Source of the DNA: an uncultured virus (IMG/VR IMGVR_UViG_3300025936_000003)
Taxonomy: Duplodnaviria; Heunggongvirae; Uroviricota; Caudoviricetes
Length of the DNA stretch: 20,000 nt
Virus record (IMG/VR): IMGVR_UViG_3300025936_000003
Direction: 5' to 3' (one strand)
The notes below the pieces were generated by a model. That model was not told the DNA's origin and did not search any database. It was given only the letters and a program-made list of their open reading frames with translations. Numbering within the stretch: position 1 is the first letter of the stretch; each line of letters opens with the position of its first letter. Shown here piece by piece: positions 1 through 7,939 of the stretch. Both the position numbers and the translations under genes were made by a program.

Positions 1-288
1 GAATCATTCGAAATCGAAAAGCTCACCGAAGCGGCACTCGCTTCAACCATTTTGCTCCAGCCACGCTACCAGAAGGCGCTCAGTATCTTCCAGAAAGCGA
101 AGCACGATTACGATTTGATTCAAGCCCTTGTTTGGGCATTGGAGCATAAGAAACGCTCGCTGACTCTTTTGGTCGAACTTCACGGCTTGGGATACTTTTC
201 AGATGTGAAGGTCTCCGAGAAAGGCCGGGAAGCGGTGAACGAGATGCTTCGCAAGAAGGTCCACAAAAAGTTCAGAGACGATGACTAA
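1..288 (+). CDS. UvsY-like recombination mediator (5' truncated by window edge)
   Basis: Frame 1 is open from base 1 (ESFEIEKLTEAALASTILLQPRYQKA...ALEHKKRSLTLLVELHGLGYF) to TAA 286-288. The helical pattern resembles phage UvsY-like proteins, and it lies just upstream of gp32-like and RecA-like genes. Confidence 0.6.
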   Translation, partial: ESFEIEKLTEAALASTILLQPRYQKALSIFQKAKHDYDLIQALVWALEHKKRSLTLLVELHGLGYFSDVKVSEKGREAVNEMLRKKVHKKFRDDD

Positions 289-458
289 TGAATACCTTCG
301 ACATCTTACTCCTTTTGTTCGCGGGACTGATAATACTGCCCATCATGACTTACATGGTGGTGAAATTTGGTGCGGCCGGCTATTTTAGGGCGCGCCGCAG
401 AGAACAGAACAGACAAAACACCGAGAAAGGAAACCTAAATGAGTCGTGCCAAAAGTGA
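288..458 (+). CDS. Small single-pass membrane protein, 56 aa (not in ORF track)
   Basis: ATG at 288 overlaps the upstream TAA (TAATG). Translation MNTFDILLLLFAGLIILPIMTYMVVKFGAAGYFRARRREQNRQNTEKGNLNESCQK ends at TGA 456-458: a hydrophobic helix followed by a basic patch. Confidence 0.65.
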   Translation: MNTFDILLLLFAGLIILPIMTYMVVKFGAAGYFRARRREQNRQNTEKGNLNESCQK

Positions 459-1752
459 AAAACGGCGTTACACGAACGCCCGGGAGCAGGCGAACAAGCA
501 ATCGCTGGGCTTTGTTCCTGCATACCTAAAGCTGCCGAAGGGTGCCAGCCTCTTCAAACCCAAAGCAGGGGTCATGCTCTTGGATATACTGCCCTTCGAA
601 GCAGGCAAGGGCAATCCAAATGCAGACGAAGGGATGCTACACTGGGAGAGGACTTTCAGTGCCCACCGCGGCATCGGAGCCAACAGTGACAGTTTCCTCT
701 GCCCGCGACTGCTAAACAAGAAGCCGTGTCCCATCTGCGAACACCGCCTTCACCTGGTGAAGGCCGGGGACGAGGACGACGAGGATCTCATCAAGGATCT
801 CTCGCCGAAGACCCGTCAGCTGTTCAACGTCATCAACCTCAAGGATCCGGACAAGGGAGTTCAGATTTGGGACATGTCCTACTTCCTGTTCGGCGAGACG
901 CTTTACAAGCGGCTGCGGGATGCCGACGAGGGCGACGAGTGGGAGAACTTCTTCTTCCTAGAGGGCGGGCTAACACTAAAGATCGGCTTCAGTGAGCGGT
1001 CCTTTGGTGGTGCATCCTTCCACGAGGTGGACACCATCGACTTCAAGCCTCGCAAGCGGGATTACGATGACGACATCCTGGAGCAGGTTCACGTCCTGGA
1101 CGACTTACTTGTCGTTCCTGAGTATGACGAGCTCAAAGAGACCTTCCTTGAGACTACCGAGGACGAACCCAAGAAGGGCAAGCGCAGCAAGGACGATGAT
1201 GATGACGATGATGATGAACCAAAGTCAAAACGCCGTCATGCAGACGATGATGACGATGATGATGATGACGATGATGACGAGCCCAAGGGCAAAAAGCGTC
1301 ATGCAGACGATGACGATGACGATGATGACGATGATGAACCCAAGGGCAAGAAAGCAGCTCGCAACGGGGACGATGACGATGACGATGAGGTTGACGAGCC
1401 GAAGAAAAAGTCCTCCAAGGCTGACGACGACGATGACGACGATGACGATGATGAACCCAAGGGCAAGAAAAAGACTCCCAGTGACGATGACGACGACTGG
1501 GATGACGTAGATGACGATGATGACGATGAGCCCAAGGGCAAAAAGAAGCCGGCCGATGACGACGATGATGATTCGGACGACGATGACGATGAGCCCAAGG
1601 ACAAGAAAAAGAAGAACCAGTTCGCCAAGCAGAAGGGCGACAAGGGCTGGGACAAGGACGATGACGATGATGACGATGACGAGCCTAAAAAGAAGAAAAA
1701 GGTCGCCGCGTCCGCCGATGACGACGATGATTCGGACGACGATGACGACTGA
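439..1752 (+). CDS. gp32-like single-stranded DNA-binding protein with very long acidic/basic tail
   Basis: SD GAAAGGA upstream. Contains H...CP...CPICE Zn-type ligands, RQLFNVINLKDPDKGVQIW and a GLTLKI motif as in T4 gp32-like SSBs, plus an acidic C-terminus. It sits between the UvsY-like and RecA-like genes. Confidence 0.8.
   Translation: MSRAKSEKRRYTNAREQANKQSLGFVPAYLKLPKGASLFKPKAGVMLLDILPFEAGKGNPNADEGMLHWERTFSAHRGIGANSDSFLCPRLLNKKPCPICEHRLHLVKAGDEDDEDLIKDLSPKTRQLFNVINLKDPDKGVQIWDMSYFLFGETLYKRLRDADEGDEWENFFFLEGGLTLKIGFSERSFGGASFHEVDTIDFKPRKRDYDDDILEQVHVLDDLLVVPEYDELKETFLETTEDEPKKGKRSKDDDDDDDDEPKSKRRHADDDDDDDDDDDDEPKGKKRHADDDDDDDDDDEPKGKKAARNGDDDDDDEVDEPKKKSSKADDDDDDDDDDEPKGKKKTPSDDDDDWDDVDDDDDDEPKGKKKPADDDDDDSDDDDDEPKDKKKKNQFAKQKGDKGWDKDDDDDDDDEPKKKKKVAASADDDDDSDDDDD
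1165..1749 (+). repeat. Coding low-complexity tandem repeat: 9 x EPK + Lys-rich linker + poly-Asp (GAT/GAC runs)
   Basis: Nine EPK units are separated by Asp runs. DNA-level repeats include cgtcatgcagacgatga (twice) and gatgattcggacgacgatgacga (twice). Confidence 0.95.
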
Positions 1753-2858
1753 TGAGTCCGAAGGCCATACTCACCAAGCGGCGCGACAAGGTGCTGCTTA
1801 ACGGGGAGAGTGCTCTCAGCACTGGGAGCACTCTCCTCAATCTCGCTTGCACAGGCCACCCCGATCTTGGTTTTCTCAAAGGCGGCTACTACTACCTAGT
1901 GGGTGACAGCACCAGCGGTAAAACGTGGCTCTCTCTTACCTGCTTCGCAGAGGCCTGCTGCAATAAAGCCTTCCGCAATTACCGGCTCATCTTCGACGAC
2001 GTGGAGAACGGTGCGCTGATGGATATTGAGCATTATTTCGGCAAGGCCGTAGCGCAGAGGATGGAACCTCCCGCTACTAAGAAAGGGCTGCCTGCCTACA
2101 GCGACACGGTTGAATCATTCTACTACAACATCACCGATCGGCTGAAGGAGGGTGAGCCTCTCATCTACGTGCTCGACTCTCAAGACGCGCTCACGTCAAC
2201 CGCAGCCACTAAGAAATTTCAACAGCAGAAGAAAGCGTCTGAAGAGTCCGAGGATTCCAAAGGGTCCTACGGTGACGGAAAGGCGAAGTATCACAGTGAG
2301 AATCTCCGTGTTGTCCTAGCCGGATTGAGAAAGACCAGAAGCATTCTCATTATCATCGGGCAGACTCGCGACAATCTCGGCTTTGGGTTCGATCCCAAGA
2401 CGCGCTCGGGTGGGCGTGCTCTTCGCTTCTACGCCAACCTCGAGATTTGGACTTCGGTCAAAGAGAAGATCCGCAAGCTAGTCCGTGGACGAGAGCGCAC
2501 GATCGGCGTCCGCTGTTTAGCCGAGATACGCAAGAACCGTGTGACCGGCAAGATTGGTAAGGACCGCATGGTTGAGCTGCCGATCTACTACGATCTCGGC
2601 ATTGACGACCTAGGCTCGTGCGTAGACTTCCTCATTGCCGAGAAGCACTGGCCTAAGGTGAAGCAGGAAGGTGAAGAGGCCAAGTCCAAGAAGAAGATTT
2701 ACGATGCTACCGACTTGATGTTCACTGGCACGCGAGAAAAGATCGTGAGATACACCGAAGTTGAAGATCTTGAGCCGAAGGTGAGGGAGATCACAACTCA
2801 GGTTTGGAAAGGAATCGAAGATGAGTGTCGACCCAACAGGAAGCGCCGTTACGTATGA
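1752..2858 (+). CDS. uvsX: RecA/UvsX-like recombinase
   Basis: STGSTLLN, Walker A GDSTSGKT, catalytic D-x-E (DVE), Walker B YVLDS, RecA-type SGGRALRFYA and KNRV motifs. Confidence 0.9.
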   Translation: MSPKAILTKRRDKVLLNGESALSTGSTLLNLACTGHPDLGFLKGGYYYLVGDSTSGKTWLSLTCFAEACCNKAFRNYRLIFDDVENGALMDIEHYFGKAVAQRMEPPATKKGLPAYSDTVESFYYNITDRLKEGEPLIYVLDSQDALTSTAATKKFQQQKKASEESEDSKGSYGDGKAKYHSENLRVVLAGLRKTRSILIIIGQTRDNLGFGFDPKTRSGGRALRFYANLEIWTSVKEKIRKLVRGRERTIGVRCLAEIRKNRVTGKIGKDRMVELPIYYDLGIDDLGSCVDFLIAEKHWPKVKQEGEEAKSKKKIYDATDLMFTGTREKIVRYTEVEDLEPKVREITTQVWKGIEDECRPNRKRRYV

Positions 2859-3037
2859 AACGAAAAGTAATTCAGATCACATCAAACATTGACTCGGTTG
2901 GAAAGTATCTCATCCTCGCAGTTTGCAACGACGGAACGATTTGGAAACTCGACGGACTTTATGAGGGAGATCCTATTTGGCAGCCCTTCATAACCCCTCC
3001 CCAACCAACTCCTCCTGAAGAAGACGATACCGCATGA
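2855..3037 (+). CDS. Small hypothetical phage protein (60 aa)
   Basis: ATGA overlaps at both ends (start revised to 2855). MKRKVIQI...AVCNDGTIW...W pattern is typical of small phage ORFs. Confidence 0.7.
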   Translation: MKRKVIQITSNIDSVGKYLILAVCNDGTIWKLDGLYEGDPIWQPFITPPQPTPPEEDDTA

Positions 3038-3297
3038 GCCCAGCTGAATTTCCTGAAGCCAATCAAGTGTTCGGACCACCACAAGGGATGGATGTGAATC
3101 AGGTGATGCCTATAAAGGCTTTTGTAGGTCAAATCCTAGGTGGCTCGTGCGACGGGATGCAGATGGTCGTCGTAGCCTGGAGACCTGAACCAGAAGACCT
3201 CGTCGCTCTGAACGATGGGGCGTTGGTGTATCTTGCAGTCATAGGTGGCTTGCCTCCTCATGCCGTAACCACGACATTCCCAACAAGGATAGGATGA
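3034..3297 (+). CDS. Hypothetical phage protein (87 aa)
   Basis: ATGA-coupled to both neighbours. MSPAEFPEANQVFGPP...W.P.PEDLVALNDG...LAVIGGLPP. Confidence 0.75.
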   Translation: MSPAEFPEANQVFGPPQGMDVNQVMPIKAFVGQILGGSCDGMQMVVVAWRPEPEDLVALNDGALVYLAVIGGLPPHAVTTTFPTRIG

Positions 3298-3506
3298 AAA
3301 AAGTCAGAGCACTCGCCAAAGTCCAAATCACAGTAGAAGTCGAAGCCAGTGGTGCGTGGGGACCTGATTGTTCCATCGGCCAACTCTACAACCAAGCAGA
3401 AGAGTCAGCAAAGGGATCACTCGCCAACCTCTTCTCCGCCCAAGGGAAGTCCTTCAGGATTGTAGGATCACCCAAAGTCCTCGGCATCATGACAGAGGAC
3501 TTATGA
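3294..3506 (+). CDS. Hypothetical protein (70 aa)
   Basis: ATGA overlaps at both ends; AGGA-type SD upstream. Confidence 0.7.
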   Translation: MKKVRALAKVQITVEVEASGAWGPDCSIGQLYNQAEESAKGSLANLFSAQGKSFRIVGSPKVLGIMTEDL

Positions 3507-4195
3507 AGAAAAAGCACCACGCCGATCAGTTTGAATTGGGTCTCCTTCCTGCCGATGAGATCAAGAACGAGGGGGCTGGTGAAGTTTGGAAGAAGAGTGA
3601 ACGAGACAAGGCGTTGGACCGTTACTTTGCCGGTGCCCACCCGAAGCAGATTGGGATAGACTTCAAGGGAGCCCCCAAGGCTTTCATGAATTCAATTCTG
3701 AACAAGCTCAAATACAACTATAAGAAGAAGGGGAAAGAGGATCAGCCCGGCCGAGCCGAACGATACGAACCCTTTCGTCGTGCCAGCAGAAAGGGACAGA
3801 GACTCACCCCAAACGAAATTGACTTCATCAGGGCTCATCAGGAGATAGGACTCGACCAGAAGATCACTGCGAAGATCATCTGCCGCGATGTCCTTGAAAT
3901 TTTCCCAGACCACGAGAGTGACAACCGAGTCAACAGTCTGAAAGAGATTGTCCCCTCTCTCGAAGTGGTGCTGGCCTTCCGCTACGTCTTCCACGTTTAC
4001 AACAAACAAATCATTTCTGATAAGAAATACGACGACCTGAAATTTGCTGAGATAGAATATGGCACGGGGTATGCCGAGCTGAAGAAAAGCCCGAAGGATT
4101 GCCCGCACTACATCAAACATCTCGCCATGTATCTGGTCGAGAAGTATGAAGCTCACGAGAGAGACAAGATGAAAACAAGGAAGGACGAGTCGTGA
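3503..4195 (+). CDS. Hypothetical protein with C-terminal NAD-dependent DNA ligase domain-Ia-like motif (230 aa)
   Basis: Start revised to ATG 3503 (ATGA overlap, GAGGA SD). The C-terminal FRYVFHVYNKQIISDKKYDDL resembles the LigA Ia motif YY....P.ISD.EYD.L. Confidence 0.6.
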   Translation: MKKKHHADQFELGLLPADEIKNEGAGEVWKKSERDKALDRYFAGAHPKQIGIDFKGAPKAFMNSILNKLKYNYKKKGKEDQPGRAERYEPFRRASRKGQRLTPNEIDFIRAHQEIGLDQKITAKIICRDVLEIFPDHESDNRVNSLKEIVPSLEVVLAFRYVFHVYNKQIISDKKYDDLKFAEIEYGTGYAELKKSPKDCPHYIKHLAMYLVEKYEAHERDKMKTRKDES

Positions 4196-5022
4196 GCGAA
4201 CTTCTTGTCCTCGACGTGCATCTGCTTTGTCACCGGGCGTTCCATACCATGAAGAATCTCTCATGGGAAGGAAAGGCAACCGGAGTCATATTCGGATTCC
4301 TCAAGACTCTCAACTTCCTCAGGGACGAGCTCCAAACCGACCAATTCGCATTCTGCTTTGAGCACCCTCACCTCTACCGCAAGGACATCTACCCAGCCTA
4401 CAAGCAGAAGCGAGCTGAGCAACGAACACCTGAAGAGAAGAGAGCTCGCAAAGAGCTGTCTCGTCAGATTGGTCTGCTCCGGGAGAGGTACCTCCCAATG
4501 ATTGGATTCAGAAATATCCACTACGTTTACGGGTATGAAAGTGATGACCTGATGGCCGAAATAGCCGAGCTCCATCTCAGGGGAGAAGTTATCCTCGTGA
4601 CATCTGACTCAGATCTCTTCCAATGCCTCAAGCCAGACGTCTCAATCTACTCACCATCTGCTGGGAGGGTCCTAACCAAAGCGTGGTTCGAGAAGAAGTA
4701 TGGGATCCATCCTCTCCAGTGGGCAAGAGTGAAAGCCATTGCGGGTTGTGCCACTGATGAGGTCAAAGGGATTCCCAGGATCGGAGAGCTAACGGCTCTC
4801 AAGTTCCTGCGCGGCGAGCTCAAAGAGTCTAGCGCAGCGTATAAAGCTATCGATTCCGCACGAGGCCAGGCTATCGCGCATCGAAACAGGCGTCTAGTAA
4901 GATTGCCCTTCGAGGACTGCCCAACGCCGATCATGCAAAGAGACAGGCTGAGCAAGAAGGGATGGGAAGAGGTTTGCGACGAACTTGGAATGAAATCATT
5001 AGCAGGAGGCTTTCGTGCCTAA
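4192..5022 (+). CDS. 5'-3' exonuclease / flap endonuclease (Pol I N-terminal / T4 RNase H-like)
   Basis: LLVLD..L.HRAFH, GVIFGFLK, YRKDIYPAYK..R, GYESDD, VTSDSDLFQ and H3TH-like AIAG..TD.VKGIPRIGELTA motifs. GTGA overlap with the upstream gene. Confidence 0.92.
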   Translation: MSELLVLDVHLLCHRAFHTMKNLSWEGKATGVIFGFLKTLNFLRDELQTDQFAFCFEHPHLYRKDIYPAYKQKRAEQRTPEEKRARKELSRQIGLLRERYLPMIGFRNIHYVYGYESDDLMAEIAELHLRGEVILVTSDSDLFQCLKPDVSIYSPSAGRVLTKAWFEKKYGIHPLQWARVKAIAGCATDEVKGIPRIGELTALKFLRGELKESSAAYKAIDSARGQAIAHRNRRLVRLPFEDCPTPIMQRDRLSKKGWEEVCDELGMKSLAGGFRA

Positions 5023-5614
5023 GGCCGCGAAGGGATCAGACTTCGAGCGCGAGTTGTGCAAGCGTCTCTCCTTGTGGTGGACAGATGGTGAGAGAAACGA
5101 TATATTTTGGCGCACCTCCCAATCAGGTGGGCGTGCTACCCAGAGGTCAAAGAAGGGAGAGACCACGTTTGGAAGCTACGGGGATCTGACAGCGATTGAC
5201 CCCATTGGCTCTCCACTCATTAAGATGTTCACGATCGAGTTGAAGCGTGGATCCTCATACGGCACGCCGGGTGACCTGCTCGACTTCAAACCAATCAATT
5301 CAAAGCACCCTTGGGTGGTGTGTCTCAAGCAAGCGATTCGTAGTCATGAACAAGCAGGTAGTCTCGCTTGGATGATGATTTGCAGACGAGACCATCGCCT
5401 GCCGATCGTGTATCTAGAAGCGAGGATCCTTAGGATGTTGAGAGGCGACAGCGGTCCAATATCAAGTGACTCCAATTTCGTGAAATTCTATTTGACCATT
5501 AAGCAGGAGTCCCTGGGATTCGACCGTATCTGCTTCACAGGGCTCCCACTAGAATCCTTCCTTGAATCCATTAGTCCCAAACAGATAATAAGAACGGTCA
5601 AAGGCTACAAATGA
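5015..5614 (+). CDS. Holliday junction resolvase, Hjc-like PD-(D/E)xK nuclease
   Basis: KGSDFERELCK, F.R...SGG, GDL and IELK motifs; recombination-module context. Confidence 0.8.
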   Translation: MPKAAKGSDFERELCKRLSLWWTDGERNDIFWRTSQSGGRATQRSKKGETTFGSYGDLTAIDPIGSPLIKMFTIELKRGSSYGTPGDLLDFKPINSKHPWVVCLKQAIRSHEQAGSLAWMMICRRDHRLPIVYLEARILRMLRGDSGPISSDSNFVKFYLTIKQESLGFDRICFTGLPLESFLESISPKQIIRTVKGYK

Positions 5615-5982
5615 GCAAACCCAAACTCAAAGCACTAGGGAAAAAAGTCACCAAGTTTGAGGGTCTGGAAGTATTCCCAGCCCCAAGCGGGATCCAGAGA
5701 GTCATCTGCACCTCCGATGAGGTGACTGCTCTGTGCCCGGTGACTGGACAGCCAGATTGGTACATCGTCAAGATCGACTACATCCCTCAAAAGCTCTGCG
5801 TTGAATCGAAAACACTCAAGCTCTACCTGCAATCCTTCCGGCAGCAAGGTCACTTTTGTGAAAGGTTCTCCAGCATCATTGCTCACCAGATCCTGAAGAC
5901 CCTCGAACCCTTGAAAGTGTCAGTCACAGTCACCCAGAAACCACGCGGCGGTATCGCCATCGAAGCCACCACCTGCTTATGA
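5611..5982 (+). CDS. queF: PreQ0 reductase QueF (unimodular T-fold)
   Basis: EVTALCPVTGQPD (catalytic Cys/Asp), QueF motif ESKTLKLYL and C-terminal PRGGI; adjacent to queC. Confidence 0.9.
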   Translation: MSKPKLKALGKKVTKFEGLEVFPAPSGIQRVICTSDEVTALCPVTGQPDWYIVKIDYIPQKLCVESKTLKLYLQSFRQQGHFCERFSSIIAHQILKTLEPLKVSVTVTQKPRGGIAIEATTCL

Positions 5983-6665
5983 AAAAAGTCTTAGTCCTCA
6001 CTTCGGGCGGAGTAGACAGCACCACACTCCTTTACCATCACGTTAAGGGAGGTGACGAAGTCCAAGCCATCGCTTTCAACTATGGCCAGCGGCACAGCAA
6101 AGAACTTGAATATGCTCATCTCAATGCGAACCTGTTGCAAGTCCCTTTCACACTGGTAGACGCATTATTCCTGGGGCGGATCTTGACCGGCAGCTCGCAG
6201 ACCGATGCATCGGTTCCCGTGCCGCAGGGTCACTACTCTGAAAACTCGATGAAGGCGACTGTCGTTCCCAACAGGAACATGATCCTCTTGTCCATCGCTA
6301 TCGGCGCCGCTATCGCAAAGAAGCTGGATTATGTCGCCTACGCTGCCCACGCGGGCGACCATGCCATCTACCCAGACTGCCGACCAGAGTTCGCCAGGGA
6401 CATGGGCAGGGTGGCAAGCAAGTGCGATTGGAGGCCCATAAAGCTCTTGAGGCCATTCGTCAAGATGAGCAAAGCCTGGATCATTGGTCACGGGAAAGAG
6501 TTGGGTGTGGACTATTCCAAAACCTGGAGTTGCTACGAGGGAGGCGCTTTGCACTGTGGCCGCTGTGGAACTTGTGTCGAACGGATTCTCTCCTTCAAAG
6601 AAGCGAAGGTTGACGACCCTACCACCTACCAAGATCCAGAGTTCGCAAAGCAATACGAGAAATGA
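5979..6665 (+). CDS. queC: 7-cyano-7-deazaguanine synthase QueC
   Basis: PP-loop SGGVDSTT, YGQRH..E, VPNRNMILLS, YPDCRPEF and Zn site TWSCY...HCGRCGTCVER. Confidence 0.96.
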   Translation: MKKVLVLTSGGVDSTTLLYHHVKGGDEVQAIAFNYGQRHSKELEYAHLNANLLQVPFTLVDALFLGRILTGSSQTDASVPVPQGHYSENSMKATVVPNRNMILLSIAIGAAIAKKLDYVAYAAHAGDHAIYPDCRPEFARDMGRVASKCDWRPIKLLRPFVKMSKAWIIGHGKELGVDYSKTWSCYEGGALHCGRCGTCVERILSFKEAKVDDPTTYQDPEFAKQYEK

Positions 6666-7234
6666 TTGATCTTGAACAAGAGCAGCAAGAGATTGAGCAT
6701 CTTCAATCTCGCCTCACACTGTCGAAGCAGACTGTCGAGAAAGAAGAGAAAGAGCTGAAGGGAGCCGAGCAGAAGTTGAAGGATACTCAGACTGCCCAGG
6801 AGATCCTTCAACTTCTCGCCCAGGCTGTTCAGCAGAAGGCCCATCAACGCATCAGCGAGGTTGTCAGTTCTTGCCTTTCGACAGTGTTTGAAGATGAGGC
6901 GTATAGATTCAAAATTGAATTCGAACGGAAACGTGGAAGGACCGAAGCCAGATTGAGATTTACCCGTAGGGAGTTAGAAGTGGATCCACTCACGGCAGCA
7001 GGTGGTGGAGTAGTTGACGTGGCTTCATTTGCTCTGCGTTCGGCTTGTCTTATCCTACACCGCCCTCGACTCAGTCGTGTTATCGTCATGGATGAACCTT
7101 TCAAGTTCTTGAGTGCTCAATACCGAGAAAGAATTCGATCCATGTTAGAGCAACTCTCAAAAGAATTGGACATCCAGTTCATCATGGTTACCCATATCGA
7201 GGAACTCGAAACGGGAAAGATCTATGACCTCTGA
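6662..7234 (+). CDS. SbcC/Rad50 (gp46-like) ATPase, C-terminal half only
   Basis: Coiled coil followed by a degenerate ABC signature (AAGGG), Walker B VIVMDEPF and H-switch FIMVTH. No Walker A. Confidence 0.8.
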   Translation: MIDLEQEQQEIEHLQSRLTLSKQTVEKEEKELKGAEQKLKDTQTAQEILQLLAQAVQQKAHQRISEVVSSCLSTVFEDEAYRFKIEFERKRGRTEARLRFTRRELEVDPLTAAGGGVVDVASFALRSACLILHRPRLSRVIVMDEPFKFLSAQYRERIRSMLEQLSKELDIQFIMVTHIEELETGKIYDL

Positions 7235-7724
7235 ATCCCGATTTTGGGAGAAGGTTGACATACGATCAAAAGAAGAATGTTGGATTTGGAAGGCTGCACT
7301 CAACGATGGTTATGGTTTCTTCTGGACGGGGAAAAAGGTTGATGGGGCTCATAGGTTCTCCCTAGAATTGAAATTAGGGAGGGAGTTGAAGAAAGGTGAA
7401 TGGTCTCTTCATTCATGCGACAATCGTCCTTGTGTGAATCCAAATCATCTCTTTCTAGGAAATCCAAAAGCCAATACCCACGACAGCATTCAAAAAGGGA
7501 GATTTGCAAGAGGGGAATTGGCAGGGATTTCCAAACTAACAGAAGATGAGGTCCTTCAAATCAGGAACCTCTACCACCAAGGGAAGACAGCAAAGGAGTT
7601 AGACGAGATGTTTGGGATAAAAGTCACCAGTTTCATAGTCAAAGGTCTCACCTGGAAGCATGTCGGCGGTCCTATCCAAACGGTAGACATGAGGAAATTA
7701 AGAAACGGACGGAAACCAAAATGA
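7224..7724 (+). CDS. HNH (homing-type) endonuclease with C-terminal HTH
   Basis: RFWEKVD, CWIW, GYG.F, AHR.S, LHSCDNRPCVNPNHL.LG....N..D, followed by SKLTEDEVLQIR. Visibly more AT-rich than its neighbours. Confidence 0.92.
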   Translation: MTSESRFWEKVDIRSKEECWIWKAALNDGYGFFWTGKKVDGAHRFSLELKLGRELKKGEWSLHSCDNRPCVNPNHLFLGNPKANTHDSIQKGRFARGELAGISKLTEDEVLQIRNLYHQGKTAKELDEMFGIKVTSFIVKGLTWKHVGGPIQTVDMRKLRNGRKPK

Positions 7725-7939
7725 GAAAGATTCTCCAAGACACTGACCCCATGCCGTATGGCAAGCACGGACCCAACGGCACCGAACCCTGCATGATGCA
7801 GGACGTGCCGGCGCAATACCTTCATTGGCTTTGGGTGAATGGTTTGAAGAATGAAACGAAAACTTCAAACGTCGCTGACTACATCCAGCGCAATCTCGAA
7901 GCCCTCAAGAAAGAATGGCCCGACGCTATTTGGAGCTAA
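7721..7939 (+). CDS. Small DUF3820/ExoX-C-terminal-like protein
   Basis: MPYGKH...MQDVPAQYLHWL matches the MPFGKY.G....DVP..YL.W motif. Confidence 0.7.
   Translation: MRKILQDTDPMPYGKHGPNGTEPCMMQDVPAQYLHWLWVNGLKNETKTSNVADYIQRNLEALKKEWPDAIWS

Noticed and set aside
1165..1749. Regularly spaced repeats as a CRISPR array
   Set aside because: Degenerate in-frame coding repeats with low-complexity 'spacers'; no cas genes.
992..1859. Met/Thr-rich (+) and poly-Ser (-) ORFs (992-1510, 1511-1801, 1299-1859)
   Set aside because: Alternate-frame shadows of the GAT/GAC poly-Asp repeat in the SSB gene.
3692..4279. 195-aa minus-strand ORF and other antisense ORFs in the replication block
   Set aside because: They lie opposite coupled plus-strand genes and have shadow-like composition.
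7224..7724. HNH gene as part of a group I intron or intein
   Set aside because: The flanking genes are each complete at the junction and unrelated; it appears free-standing.
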